Source: Tubulanus polymorphus (lineage: Eukaryota > Animalia > Nemertea). From it: a DNA stretch of 64,000 bases. Shown here piece by piece: positions 49,061 through 63,021 of this stretch (the first letter of the stretch is position 1; every line of letters begins with the position of its first letter). Below the pieces are notes generated by a model. It was given only the letters and a program-made list of their open reading frames with translations, searched no databases and was not told the DNA's origin. A program made the position numbers and the translations under genes. The DNA lies in NCBI RefSeq assembly GCF_964204645.1, contig NC_134028.1:22936345-23000344 (forward strand), read 5' to 3'.

Positions 49061-51664
49061 TGCCTAATTTGATACATCGATAATTTTTCTATCGAGTTTT
49101 AGAAGCTAACTGAAGTCAAAAGTCTGTGACCGCCATTGGATGGACTCTACATTGAGTCCATCCAATGGCAGTTTGTCCCATGTGAACAATACCGTAACAT
49201 CCGTGCATAACATTCATGTATGTACTTTCAAATCGGTGGCTTCTTGGTAGAATAGAATTATGGCACTATATACAGAATTTAAAAGATTATAATCGAACTC
49301 TAACTCTTGGGGGTCAGTAGCTTCTTGTACCAACGTTCTTGTACCTACGTTTAGGGGTCCAGTACACCCCTCGCTGCTATGAGTGCCTACTTATAGTTAC
49401 AGCTTTTGTATGTACCAAGGTATGTACATTGCATTGTAATAAAAGTGTTTAGGAATTGAACGGATAAAAAGACGAGCTCGCGTCATAAAAATAGCATTTT
49501 ATGAATGAAATTTCATCGTGAAAGAAAAAAACGGTTTTTCTGGTTCTTGCGCGTCGTGTTGGAAATAACCCGCAGATGTGAATGAAAGTATGAATGAATA
49601 CTCTTTACACGTATAGTTAGGAGCATTATGTACAAACGGTGCTTGGTTACAAAAACCACGGAGTAGAAAACATAAAACGGCAAAAACATTCGTGAACTAA
49701 ATCGCTACTAGGAGAGTATATTTCACAGAGGAAACCCTTGACCAATCTGTCAAAGAAGAATTCTCGGTATCCAGGCTAGACTAATATTTATCAGCACAGG
49801 CCAATAGGATAACTGCTAATTTACATATGAACTCGTACATGGGCGTGTAAAGGGAACTGGATAGCGATCGCTTTCCGTTCATGAAGGCAGAGCGGCTCTG
49901 ATGCATGTATAGTACTGCTCGCTGTACGAGGCGCATTCTGTAGCACTTGTCTCTGACAGCAATGATGATGATGATGACATCTAGGAACAGGACGGGCGTT
50001 GGCGCTGTAACTGCCGTCCTATCCCGCCACCCGGTAGAGAGATGCCTCCACGTACGTCATCGGCAGTAAAGGTAAGTTGAATTACTTGCGTGGGCGTTTC
50101 CAGGGGCACTTTAAACGTCATCACTCCACTGGTAACGGGGCAAATTTCATTCAGCTGATTCTTAACCATCGGACTAATTATCATAGTTATTTATGGTGCA
50201 CGTAGGGTTTCGTTTTGCAAAAAAGAACTAAAGATCACTTCGCACAAAAAGTTTTTTACGTGTAGCAATATTTTTGAAATGTAGATTTGGGCTTCAAACT
50301 TGTTGAATATTCCACTCATCATGATCATGCCCCGCAGTGAATACTGTTATACCGAGCTAATTCTTTGACCTACTGGTAAATAGTGTCGATGAATATTGTC
50401 ACGTGCTCGAATTGGGAATCACATGACTCGTCGGTGACCCTGACTTCTGGATAAAAAAAAGCTTACATTACACCGATTCGTAGGTGTATTTATAGTGTGT
50501 GTGTGTGGTGTGTGTGTGTGGAGCTCTTCCTCCGGTTGTATATTCGCTGCCTGTAATAAGCTGTTGAATATGTGATAAGAGAAATAAGCCTTGGTACTGT
50601 GAAAAAAAAATCGATGAGCTTCTATTCACGAGAGGATCACATTGGCTTTATTCGTCTATGTTCATCAGTTTTTCCTAGTAATTATTATTACAGAGATACT
50701 TGAAAATCCGATTGTGGTTTGAGTGTTGTCGCCCAAACGATTCGTTACCTCTCCTCCACACCTCGTCTCAAAGATAGTGTGGATCAAAATCTTTCGAAAG
50801 TTGTACCGCATTCGTGGGTTGCGATTTTTATTCCCCGTTTGATAAGCGGTGCACCTTCTGGTAAATACAACATGTACATGTACATCTATGTATTTCGAAA
50901 TAAAGCCCTACGAAGCGAAAGCGGTTTCAAAAGGTCACGTTACTGTCTTACAACGGAGTCCATAGTCAAACTTTTTTAAGCCCAGTATACTACAACTATT
51001 TTTTATTCATTCCAGTCTTATATGTGCTACATCGTAAATAGGTCACATAGCTTAAATACGCCCATAAATAATCCCAAACTTTATTTTATGTGATTCAAAC
51101 TAAGCTACTGACTTTTATTGCTGGTGTAGCCGCTTGATTTATAGCTATGAATTAGATATAGATATAAAAATTGATTTATGCTTGTAAACGATCGTCTGCT
51201 CTGGTTGTGATTACAACCTTTTCCTGACGCTAAGTGCGACACTTATCTTTGCTGAGATGCGTACAGGGGTCAACATCCACACATGCCCTGCTACAATGTT
51301 GGTTCCTGGTCTATATTAAAAAATGGCTCATCCTCCTATACATGCGGGATAGATGATGAGCGATTTGCACATGTTAATGATGATGTATAAATCCGCAGAG
51401 TTCATAATCGTTGATCATGCCGAATTTGCTATAGAACAAAAAGGGTTAATTATAAGCATGGACTGTATAATTGGGTGCGGCAGCCATTTCCGATCCAATT
51501 CCATAATCCTGCTAAGTTATTCAAAGCGGAGTTACTATATTACCAATAATCATAGTAAGCTTTCTAGTGTGCTTTATAGTTTTTTCGAGTACTGTTGTAT
51601 ACTTTCAACGAATCAATTTTCGGATCATATGTTAGTACGTGCATATCGAATACAATTTATTCAA

Positions 51665-51768
<104 letters not shown>

Positions 51769-52492
51769 TTCTCTTTGTATTTCATATGATACTGTATAGA
51801 TTTAATGTATAGATTTAATAAGTCATTAAAGCAATTATACATGCATCATTAATTAGTGTACAAATAATCGCTGGTAATTCGTAAATTGAGGTCACTTCAA
51901 ACTACCCTGGACGGAACTATATCGAATTGATTTATATACCGTAACATAAAACATCAGTTTCATCAAGTCAAATATTTCATTGAGATCATTCTTTCGTAGT
52001 GAATCACGATGTGCTGCGGAATGAGACATGAATTGCAGCACTTCAGAAACATCAACGATTAGTATTCCGAATTCAGATCTCCGTCCATGGGATGCGTCAA
52101 TGAAATTAAGAAATACGGATCCTGATAATGGTGTATCCCACAGTTGCCAACTGTTCATAATTTTCATTATTTTGTTACTATTTTGTCTGTCGTGAGAAAC
52201 TGATTTGATTTGTTTGTTGTTTATATATTTGATATACAGGGTACAAAATATGTTACTTGGGTCTACTAACCATTAATTACTGATTAATTATGACATTATT
52301 CAATGAAATCTTCCTGAAAAAGATAAAAATTTATCAACTTGTTACTGATATTAAGCTTGTTAAACTTGTTACTGATATTAAGTGTGACTGAAGCATTTTT
52401 CATTGAAATCTTCCTGAAAAAGAATTCAACTTGTCACCGGTACTGATATTACTTTTCAGGAGTTGGCAGCTCTGGTATCCATTTATTTATAT

Positions 52493-52732
52493 CAGAGGCG
52501 AATCGAGGGGAAATTGGATGTCCGGGTCAAGGAGAAATGAAATACATTTGTCGTATAAGACACCATGTTAAATATAAGGCAAGGGTCCCACGGCCTCGAT
52601 GTCAAGTTATTTTTGAACGGATTCATCCTTGAAAGATGCAAATTCCGAGAGATCTCTGTCCTGAGGAAAAGGGCAACCTCAGTGGGAAGGCGGGGTCCGG
52701 ACCCCCTAGAACACTTCCTAAATCCGTCCCTG
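52493..52732. mobile_element. MITE-like element, CAGGGGCGGAT TIR family
   Basis: CAGAGGCGAATCGAGGGG ... CCTAAATCCGTCCCTG. Confidence 0.55.
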
Positions 52733-54977
52733 TTGTATGCAAAATGATTTGCAGTCATTGATAGATCGAACTGATATAGACGAAGACATTTTGCAATGAC
52801 AGATTCCCCAAATAAAAAGTAAGGAAGGGTACAGCAATTCTAAACTGTTAATCCGAAGAGCTCTATCAGTTTCTATGGACTCATCAGTATCGGACATCTC
52901 ATCTTCTGATTTATCTCAATTCCTCGCGATGTTGTATAAATCGCTTTCTCGTTCTACCAGCGATCGTTATATATGGACCTGTTTTATTTCCCAAGACGAT
53001 CGTGGGACGGCTAATAATTACTGTAAAACAACAGGCGTCGTCCTGTCGTCTGTGGCTGGATTCTATTCAAACCCGGCGGCTGCAGCTGGCTTTCATCAAA
53101 ATACCAACAATTAATGATCTTACATCGTTGCTGTTCACTTTACGCCCGTTCGCAGTGATAAAACGAATCGAAATCCACTGACCACCGAAGTGCTACTAGA
53201 CGTGCGATGCTAATTCCATTTCAAACATTATTTACAATTCATTTCCAATCGTTCCCCGTGTATCATTCGTGTACAACACTTGAGAATATCCGAATCATTG
53301 GAGCGGAAAATTGATCAAAGAACGTCGTAGCATTTTATCAAAAAGAAAACCCCAGACGTCCATCCATATTTGGAAATCTCCACCGAAGTAGCAAAATGCT
53401 GTTATCAATGCTCGACATATGGCGCTGCTTTCACGTCGGCAATCAGGGATGGATATAAATTCATATTTTCATGGAGACATCTGCGTCATATACAAGTGGT
53501 TTTTATATGATATACACAGACTGAGTAATCGGCTGTTTTTCGAATCAATATTATTCTTGTTTGTCGTAAAATACGATATCTCTTGTTGACGCTGTAACGA
53601 GTATAGGCCTTCTACTACGACTCTATTGACTTCATCTAATGGCTGTTATATATGGATATCCGGGCGGAGATCATCATGGCAGTCGAAGTTTTCAGTTTTA
53701 ACTTACAATGAGCAACTTTGCAGATGTCGCAATGAATCTAGTAGTGAAAGTTGCTGGTGAACACATTTGGGATGGTCATGGGTTCTGTAAGGAACTAAAT
53801 GCCCCAGTATCGCGATTGTTTATCAGCAGGTCAATAGAATCCACCCCGAGTTTCTTCGCCGTGATCTTTTAAAAATGTTATTTATGAATCGTTTGCTACT
53901 AGGATGACAGGGAGCTGTACACTTACCCGACGACTGAACAAATATACGGACCAGGACATCAATTTCCGGTGCCGAGACGATGGAGAGTTGCGCCCAGTTT
54001 TCCGTTTACACATCACTATACCACGAGACCGGAGGTCGACTCATTGCTAGCTATCAGAACAAGGACACCTTGCACTACTCAGATTGGGCTTCTATGCTTC
54101 ACTAATGCACATTGATAGCATCGTTTTATGACAAATTTCTACGAGTCAAAGGCTTCAGCGAGCATATCCATCTCCCCCAATAGTAATAGATATGGTATAA
54201 CTCATAAATACTTTCAAATGTATTGCCGTGTTATAACAGTTCACGCAAAAGCGTGATTTACCCTGACATGTTCGAAAGATGCTTTCCAATTTTGTAAGTC
54301 GTTTTCAAACCATAACGTCAAATCTTCGTGCAGAAATTGTTTTTATTCCACCCACTACCCTCATCCATCCCCACAACTCACAGATACAGCGCGCGGCTCT
54401 GTTCTGGCTGTTCTGGGTTATGCGATTTATGTGACAGAAAACAGCGAAATTAACCGGACTCGAAGCGATGGAGATTTGCTTTCGGAAGGGATTGTTCATT
54501 TCAGTCAGATTCGCCGAGTCTGTATCCTGGGGATTACCAGCAATCCCCTCTCAACTATCCGCTGACGTCATTTTATCTACGCTAGTCGTTGGCTAAATGT
54601 GAATATTGTGTCGTTGCTGAAACGATTCGAACGTTGATTTTGGTGCCAGGAAATATGATGGATCGCCCATTGACTTAGTGAAGTAGTTTGTCTAGCCATT
54701 GTAATATTTGCCGGTTCTATTAGTTTAACCCTTGTACGCATTGAATACAAAATTTTATCACTCAGATGCCTGCTTAGGAACAAGTTGACTTTTTCGAATT
54801 TCTTTAAGGAATGATGGTTCTCCAGAAAAAGCAGCGTAGGTCAAATACATATCTTCTTATCTATTTCAAAAGATTTTTATATATCCTTTCACTCATTGTT
54901 TGGAGGCCTTAACCCAGGCAACTTTTTTTTCCAAAAAGGGGATCTGTACACCAAAAAGGCAAAATAAATTCAGTTAC

Positions 54978-55028
54978 GTGTCGAACCTGACTCTAGCATT
55001 CGAAACCAGCGTGCTAACTACTACACCA
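54978..55028 (-). mobile_element. tRNA-derived fragment (SINE head-like)
   Basis: rc TGGTGTAGTAGTTAGCACGCTGGTTTCGAATGCTAGAGTCAGGTTCGACAC: A-box, anticodon-like hairpin, B-box. Confidence 0.45.
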
Positions 55029-58000
55029 AAAATACTTTTGGAGTGTCCCTATAGCACCCGGTCAAGCTTGGTTGTGATAAACCACATAATACAAGACCGT
55101 CATATTTGCCCGTTGCCAAGAATAAACCCACAAATAAAGAGGCATCTATCAAACAAAAATAGGGCGTAAAGTGATTGGAAATTTAAAAACGAAACTATAC
55201 GGTCATGGCTTCCGTCGTCATTCGCTTCAACGACACAAGAGCACCGGATTGTTGTGTTAAATGCGGAAGTTCATGGTATAAGAACATCATTCTTTTACGC
55301 AATCAGAAGCCCCATTCCTCTGTCGGCATACTATTTCTTTTACAGATAATTTCTAGATGTAATCTTCTCTTGCAAACTGTTAGCGTCTGATAGCTGTATA
55401 TCGTGAGCGCGGTCTCAAACCTCTTCAGACTCGAGACATATTAGTCACCACTGTGTGATGGTGCAGATCTTGGTCGAAACGAAAAACCAATGACGGGACA
55501 TTTTGAGATTGACTTTGCATCTTGTCTTGTTTGAAGTATGTTGATGGTAACTTGTTAATCGATACAGATCGCTGGGAAGATGAGCACATGTCCGTCTTAA
55601 AAATAACCATCAACCCACTGAGCGAACACACATGTGTCAAATACCACGGGGGAACAATCTTTCTGGAGCTTCCCACCACCCTCTAAAAATAATCATTATC
55701 ATTAAAAAACCACGAAAGGTTAAACAATGCATGCTCAGCTTCTCGTCAATGGAAAGGGTGCAAATAGAGGGTAATGCATCAAAATGAATTAGGCGCATAG
55801 ACTATTGTCTAAACCCCGGAACACAAAATGGGACCTAACCACTTGTATGGTCGGTGGGATGTTTTTGGTGAGGGTTAAATGGTAATTTCCTGTTAGAATG
55901 CTAATATTGACTAGAATCTGAACCTACACTCGGCTCGTATTTATCCAAGTCGCTCAGACGATAATCAACTTAGAACTAACGTGAAAAATGAATGGAAATT
56001 TCTGGAAACCCAATCCGTTTCATATCTGAATTATCTCGGTTTCGCAAAAAAGATTTCTGATTATTGCTTGCCGAGTCACACAGTCTGCGCAACAGCAAAC
56101 ATGCAAAATCGATATTTTGTATTTGGATACTAAAGTCACAAAGTCCAACGTTCTTTTTGGATGTTTGGATAACATAAAACATAAAGACGTGTATTAATCT
56201 CGTGGACAGCACTGTTGTGCTTTGTGACATTTCCCCATGTTGAAATTGGTCTTATTTGATTTGTGATAAGATCTCTCTCTCTCCGTCTCTCTCTGATCCA
56301 CGCCACCCCGGTGATAAGAGTTAAAATGCTCGATTAATATCATGTTTAAAAATCTTGAGACATTTCAGGAATCTGTACTGATGACTCAGTCGAACAGCTT
56401 CAGTTTAGTTACAGACACAGAGATCGTTATAGTTTCCACTAGTTTAGTTACAGACACAGAGATCTCCGCGTTCAAAGCCATCCATCATTGAGGAACGGAA
56501 TATTCATGACTTTTTTAAATAAAGAAGCGACTTGATATACGATGTTGCCAGGTGTGGAAAAATGGGGGGTAAACTTTATTGCCACCCAATCTATATCCAG
56601 GTCTATACCATGAAGAATATACAGTGACTATTGTGAGCAAAAGTGAATTGAATCGTATTATCTAAAGCCTGATCGATTTACATTTAAATATCTTAGCTCG
56701 GACATGCTGGAAATCATCGTGATAAACGGGTCAGACTCGTATTAACTGGATTTCAACTGTATTTATAGAGGAAATATCCGAAAAGTAGCGGATATGGATC
56801 TGTGATAATTCTGCTGCCCGAGAAAGAAAGGATTTGAAAATGGGGATGCCCTCTTCTCGGGCTACATATAGCTACGTAGTAAGCTACTAGTCTGTCTGTC
56901 ACAGAGTGGTTGAGTAACGACGTGTGGTGTATTTGATGATGGGATCTGTATAGGATTCAGTTGGCTCCATTCGGTCGATGTATGGTATAGAGTTTGACAT
57001 GATATCTTCCAGTTTTACATGACTCCGATAATTATCTTAGTACTTTGCTTGTAATTGCCCATTCGGTTTATAAATCAGCCAGCGTGTGACACTGGGGGAT
57101 TGGTGTGTTCTCTGACTCACTATAAGTCCTCAATTAGCCAACTAACAACCCACTCATTATTGCTGAGTCGGTCCCAGTATGTAAGCTGCAAAATAGCCTC
57201 AAAATGATTATCAACAAGTTGGAAAACTGATATCCGCACATCTATTAACCACAAAAAGTACTTAACGGTCAAGAATGAAGGGGGATGTTAATGGGTCGAA
57301 AGGGTGCTGAGGGTCTTTCGAGATCAGCATTGCGACAACTCGAACCGCATGTGGTCGCGGGCCCTACAAACCTTATTTCGATGCACTACAGTACTACTTC
57401 AGCATCAACGTCAACTAATTCTGTATCGTTTATATAAATATGAAATGGAATTTTTGCATGACGCACAAATTATCGCTTCCGCTTGCAATTCCTGCCGGGA
57501 TTCTTTTTAACACCCCGGATAAAGTGTCCTCGTTTTGAAAGAAGTTACATTCAGCCACTTCTTACTCTTCAATGACAAAAAGAAGCCGGCTTTTCGTAGA
57601 TGTCACATAACTGTAGGCGCACTCCTCTTCATTGCCTCCCTTATTTTCTGGAAGGTGGTCCACCAATACGCATGGCGGTTCCGGCGTCGGTATTCTCCCG
57701 TTGTCGTAACAATTACCAGGTACACGGCGAGTTTAGCGTGCAAACGATGCTTTCCAGTGATTAGTACTGCAAATCAATACAACAGTTGTTGTCACACGGT
57801 GGAGCTCTGTGATGGTATACACCTGTATTGCTGGGTTATATCACCAGTCAGTACTAGACTGGCTTGTATAGATACTACGTTGGGCTCTGTTGGTGTGGTA
57901 ATGTCGCCTTCGACTCTTTAAATATCTGCCTCGAGGATTAATTGATATCGCTGTTAACTGGAATATAATGTTCTTTTCACATGATTACATTATCTCTAAT

Positions 58001-61000
58001 GATTTACAGTCAGTCGTTTATACGTGCCATTAATTTAAACCGAAATAAACTCGAAGAGGGAAGGAAGTAAAATCAACGATGATGTTAAAACATACTGTGA
58101 CATTTTGAATTGTGTGCGCATTATAGGCCTATAAAAACATTTTTGCTGCTTTTTCCCTAGTTTCGGTAAGTTTGGCATCAGTATCACTTAGTCTTTTTTG
58201 TTTCGTAAGCTTTGCGAATATCTATTTCACCGTGTAATGTCTAATGGGTCCGGGGTGTGAGTTGTTGAGTCGACCACTGATACTTATTCATCATCAGCAA
58301 CAGCAGCATGACAGCTCTTTGCAATAATGATCCATAATAGTGTGGCAGCCGCAGACTCAGTTTTGCTTTTTGATTTCTGGAGCAAAGCAATCGTAGTTTT
58401 GTACGAAACGAGTAGATGGGATAAGATGCTCGGGCTACGTTTTTGTAGCAAATCTCCGTAAATCACCATTATCATCTTTCGTAAGTTTTAAACTTGTAAA
58501 GCTACAGATTTTTCTATCATTATAATCGTGGCAGCACTGAAACCTATTTCTGTATCGGTTTCAATTCGCTGCTAAATGAATCATGGTGTAATTCTGCTTC
58601 ATTTGCAATGTAAATACATTTGTGTTGGTTGTAAACAGCTCGAAATTACGTGATAATATACTGAACGATCCTCGCTAATTAGCATACATGTAATTGCATT
58701 ACAATGCAACCATAAAACAAATCAGCCATATCTACCGAGTGGATCCAGCATACTATTGGGACTGATTATTCCCTCGGTTCTACTTTACTGGTAGTGTGGC
58801 TCTCTGTGACATCTTGCCCACTGGGATTTCCATGTGGAATGGTTTTGATAATCACTGACGGCAGTATGTACATATATGCGTATAAACCTCCTCGGTCTTC
58901 CTCGCTGAAATAAATTCTAGAGGGTATACTTTTTCCAAACGGAAATGATTTAAGGCGATTTCGTTTTGCGATTACCATACGAATCAGACAGCGAGGGGTC
59001 GTGAGATAGGCAGCGATCGGATGAACAGTAAACCAGACATAACTGATCGATCGTTATCGTACATCAGGTTATCTTATATCTCTGAAATTGACGAGTGTTT
59101 GGGCTCTCTGCCCTTTTTACGTGTAGTCATGGTCTTTGCTCAAGTTGAAGAAGTCTTTGAAATATAGATTGTCTCGAAAGTCGGTTGCATAAATCATGGC
59201 TTCCTTTTGAAAGTGATCTCAATACAAATTTTATCTAGCACAATGCAACTGGCTCATAATTGTGGTAAAGACTTCTTCGTAAAATGTGTACATGTAGTTC
59301 TAATTGATGTAAATTCTTAATTCACTTCAGAGTTTAATGCGTATGCACTGAAGGCTCAGTAAGTATCAAACTACTTCTGTGTTAAAGCTGTTTGAAATAC
59401 TTGGGAACATTCTTAAAATGTGTTACATGTATATCACCATTTCTATCAGTTCCGGAGGAGCGCCGCTTTATCCTTGTTTACAACAAAAAAGACTATCAAT
59501 AATTTCCCGGTGTTTTAGAAAATGTTTGCATTTCACAGGCTAGATGAAGCTGTTCGCTATCGCTCCCACTCCTCCCATGAGAAGTCTTCGATTCCTGCCA
59601 CTCTAAACTGATCATTTACTGTGACATTTATTACAAATCAATAGACACGTACATTGCATCGATACAAACCGCAAACGGTGTAACTGATTCATCTTGCAGA
59701 CAAATCACTCTGTGTATACAAATTCAAGCCTTAGATCAACTAAACTAATATATATATATATATTATACATCAGCGATAGCTTTATTATATGTCTCCAGTC
59801 TTTGATTCTGAATGCCAAAGGACGGCAATACATATGTAAACTCAGCATTCATTACAGGACCATGACCTGTAGAAGGTCCATTAATACATCATGACTTTTA
59901 TATCAATTATGAAAACCTATTGGTAGAATGAGATAAGGGGTTTAGGTCGGGTTCCACTCAAGCTGTGTAGCATCAAACAGCAAATAGTTCGTGTAATAGT
60001 ACAGGTCTCTGCTGGCAAGAGAGCGAGAGATTCTTTAAATATCCGCTGATCTATCAAAGTGTTAGTTTTTTCTTGGCATCGCGTAACTATTTATAAAACG
60101 CGTAGAGAAATGATAAATCAGTGATTGTATACTAAAGAATGAACAGTTGGAAGAACTATGCAAGACTTGTACATCTTGTATCTATCAAGGCTGTACCTGT
60201 AAAACGAGCTTATGAAAGAGGCCAATGTTTGCTGGGGTTGTTTGGCGGCCATCTTGTTTAATAAATCGACTTTTCCATGACCTGCGACGTATTGCATCTT
60301 ACCAGATCTTATCATTCTCCTACTGGTCCTTGTTCAGATCAAGGATTACTCAGATTACGGCCATTTATATGAAAAATCGGTTGAGTTTTAAACAATTGTG
60401 TTCAATTTATTAAACCGCGCCAGTGTCAAAGCTAGACCATGAAACAAACATGTAATCTATGAATTTTGAGCCATTATAATGACACTTTGGTGAAATAGAG
60501 GAATCCGTCGCTGTATTCCCTGATGATATATCGCCGCGCACGTCTGCACGACGACTCTGTGGCGACTGAAGAACTTTCCACAAGAAAAATGCCGAATAAT
60601 TCATGAATCTTCATCCGGAACATTTTAAGAATTAAACAAACGACGGCCATTTTTCAGGCATCACGGCGGCCGTGTACATGGAGAGAAACTCGTATAAATG
60701 CTAGTGACGTATAATCGACAAAGAGGACAGAGGCCCAACATTCAACATCACAAGAGATAATCGAAGTTTAGGTCCTTCATAACTTAATGACTCTTGAAAA
60801 ATCCATATGACTTTTGGTTGATATTTATTGACTTTATTGTCACACGTTCTAAACCGAGTTTTTACACAGTTTGAACAAAATGAACAATTCAATTTTCGTT
60901 TGGCACATCGAAAATGGCCGCCATGACGTCATTGTTGGCGGAAATTCCTCTCTTTCTTCAGAATCACGTCTATGTCGGGAGGGACGGACGCGAAACGTCG

Positions 61001-62959
61001 CTAATTCTCGTTGTTGATTGATAGCGGGAGTTGTTTTAATTACCAGTTGCCTTTTAAATTGCGCCAGTTCGGGGACGATATCAATTGGAACGCTAACTAC
61101 CCCCGCTCGTCATTGCGCAGACGATACGTATGTATATACGACATTACAGCATTATTAAACCGAGCATCAGTGACACTTAATTAGTCGGATACATTGTACA
61201 GTACTCATCGGTCCAGTAGTCGATTATAGCGTCAGTTTTACTAGTTTCAGACTGTAATCTCATTTCCAGCAGTTAATCTTTTATATCGCGAACGACATGC
61301 GTCATCGAGTTTGTGATCAATGGCAGCTAAAACTGAAAATTACATCTTCATTTCGAGACTAAACCGCTATTCTATTTTCATGCGTGGTTTGGTAATTGGT
61401 ACATCTAAGGCTGGTATTATATTACGAGTGACTTTAAGATTGTCTTTTTTTTCTAAATAATGATGTTTTTCGGTCGGAGAAAGTAATCTTCTTGTTTGTG
61501 CCATCTGAGTCGATTGATGGCGGAATTTTTCGTAAAGAAAAAAAACACAGCGGCGGCGCCACCTGATGAGTTTTGAATCATATTTATGAGCGATTCCCGA
61601 TCGAGGAGTGAGTTATCAGCTAATCCGCAAGTTACGGGCGCTGTTAATCCGGTCGGATTTGTCGACTTCATTCCCGTATAATCGCGTAGCGGCAATTAAT
61701 CAACATTCATGTCGTCTCTTCTAGAACAAATCATCGACTATAAGATCCGGCGATACAAAAACCACCCGCTATACAATCAATAACATCTCCTCATTAAGCT
61801 GTAGTGAAATAAAGTCAACTTTAATGCATTTCAAGTTCGTTTCAAAGCGTTCATTTAAATCGTTTGTGTTTTATTTGCGTCGGTTACATCTGACCAGAAG
61901 TCGACGCGAAAATCAACAGACAGTAGACATTAGAGGCTTTTCGTCGGATGTGAATGGCAGTTGATCCTAAGTTCTAGTTTCCCGGATGTTCATAACGACC
62001 TCTTCATTACCCTTTTAATACACATTTGTTTCGCTCGTATAATCCACCCACATCTCTCTCTCTCCCCTCTCGCTCTACTCCGCGTCCCGTCCGTCCATTT
62101 CACTTCATTTATATCATCTTCAGTTTATAATGCGGACAGCCAGTAACCGCTATTAGCGATTACAGCAGCCATTTCATGAAAGTGGGGGAATCATACAGTA
62201 ATTTGGCTCGGAGTAGTTTGGAGTTTTTGTCTATATTTCACAAAATGTGTTTCATATTCACTACAGGTACATTTACAGTCATTGCTTTATCATTATTTAA
62301 TTCAGGAAATAATGATATTTCGTATAGAGTCAAAGTTATAACGCCATCTTCCATTGTTCACTTAACGCCAACTTCCGGGAACAGATCTAACTCAAATTCA
62401 ATGAATATATCATTCTTTATAACGCCAAATTCGTTATAATGCCTTATTGTCAATCAGTCCCAATGTTGGCATTAAAGCACATTAACTGCAGTCAAGAATA
62501 ACTTTATTACCCAGTTTATACGAAACCAGAAACAGAATACAATTTTTGTTCCGTATAGCTGACATCTAACAACTGATTTTGTCATTGAGTTCAGCAGTTT
62601 TAGTAAAGAGGACAATTTTGACATTTCCTCCAATAACATATTGGGTCGTTGTTGATTGAAGAAGCAGTTACTTACAAAGTAATGGGGGTATTTACACCAA
62701 TGCCATCGATGCTGTTGATGGGAAAGATGTTCAGGTTTTTATACGTCACGTTATAAAAGAGCTAATTTTCTACTTCCAGCTTCGGTTGTCCTGGAGACCT
62801 ATCTGACAGACCTGAACACAATTTCCTGTAAGTAAATGATATCGAACTATGCGAGTAGTTTCTCGTTGTGGGTAACCTCTGAACCAAACATCAGGTATCA
62901 ATACATTTATCAAACTTCATGTATCAGCACATTCGTCGCCTTGAAATAGAATAGAATGT

Positions 62960-63021
62960 CGCCCCAGCCGGGAATCGAACCCGGGTCTCACACGTGACAG
63001 GCGTGGATACTCACCAACTAC
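62960..63021 (-). pseudogene. 5'-truncated tRNA-Asp(GTC)-like sequence (pseudogene or SINE head)
   Basis: rc = GTAGTTGGTGAGTATC CACGC CTGTCAC GTGTG AGAC CCGGG TTCGATT CCCGG CTGGGGCG; anticodon and T arms pair, the 5' acceptor strand is missing. Confidence 0.75.

Noticed and set aside
52860-52892. CTGATGAGTCC...GAAAC on - resembling a hammerhead
   Set aside because: The 3' strand of stem II is missing and there is no stem I or III
60911-60931. YY1-like AAAATGGCCGCC plus CRE TGACGTCA as a promoter
   Set aside because: No associated gene seen, and such motifs are common inside invertebrate repeats
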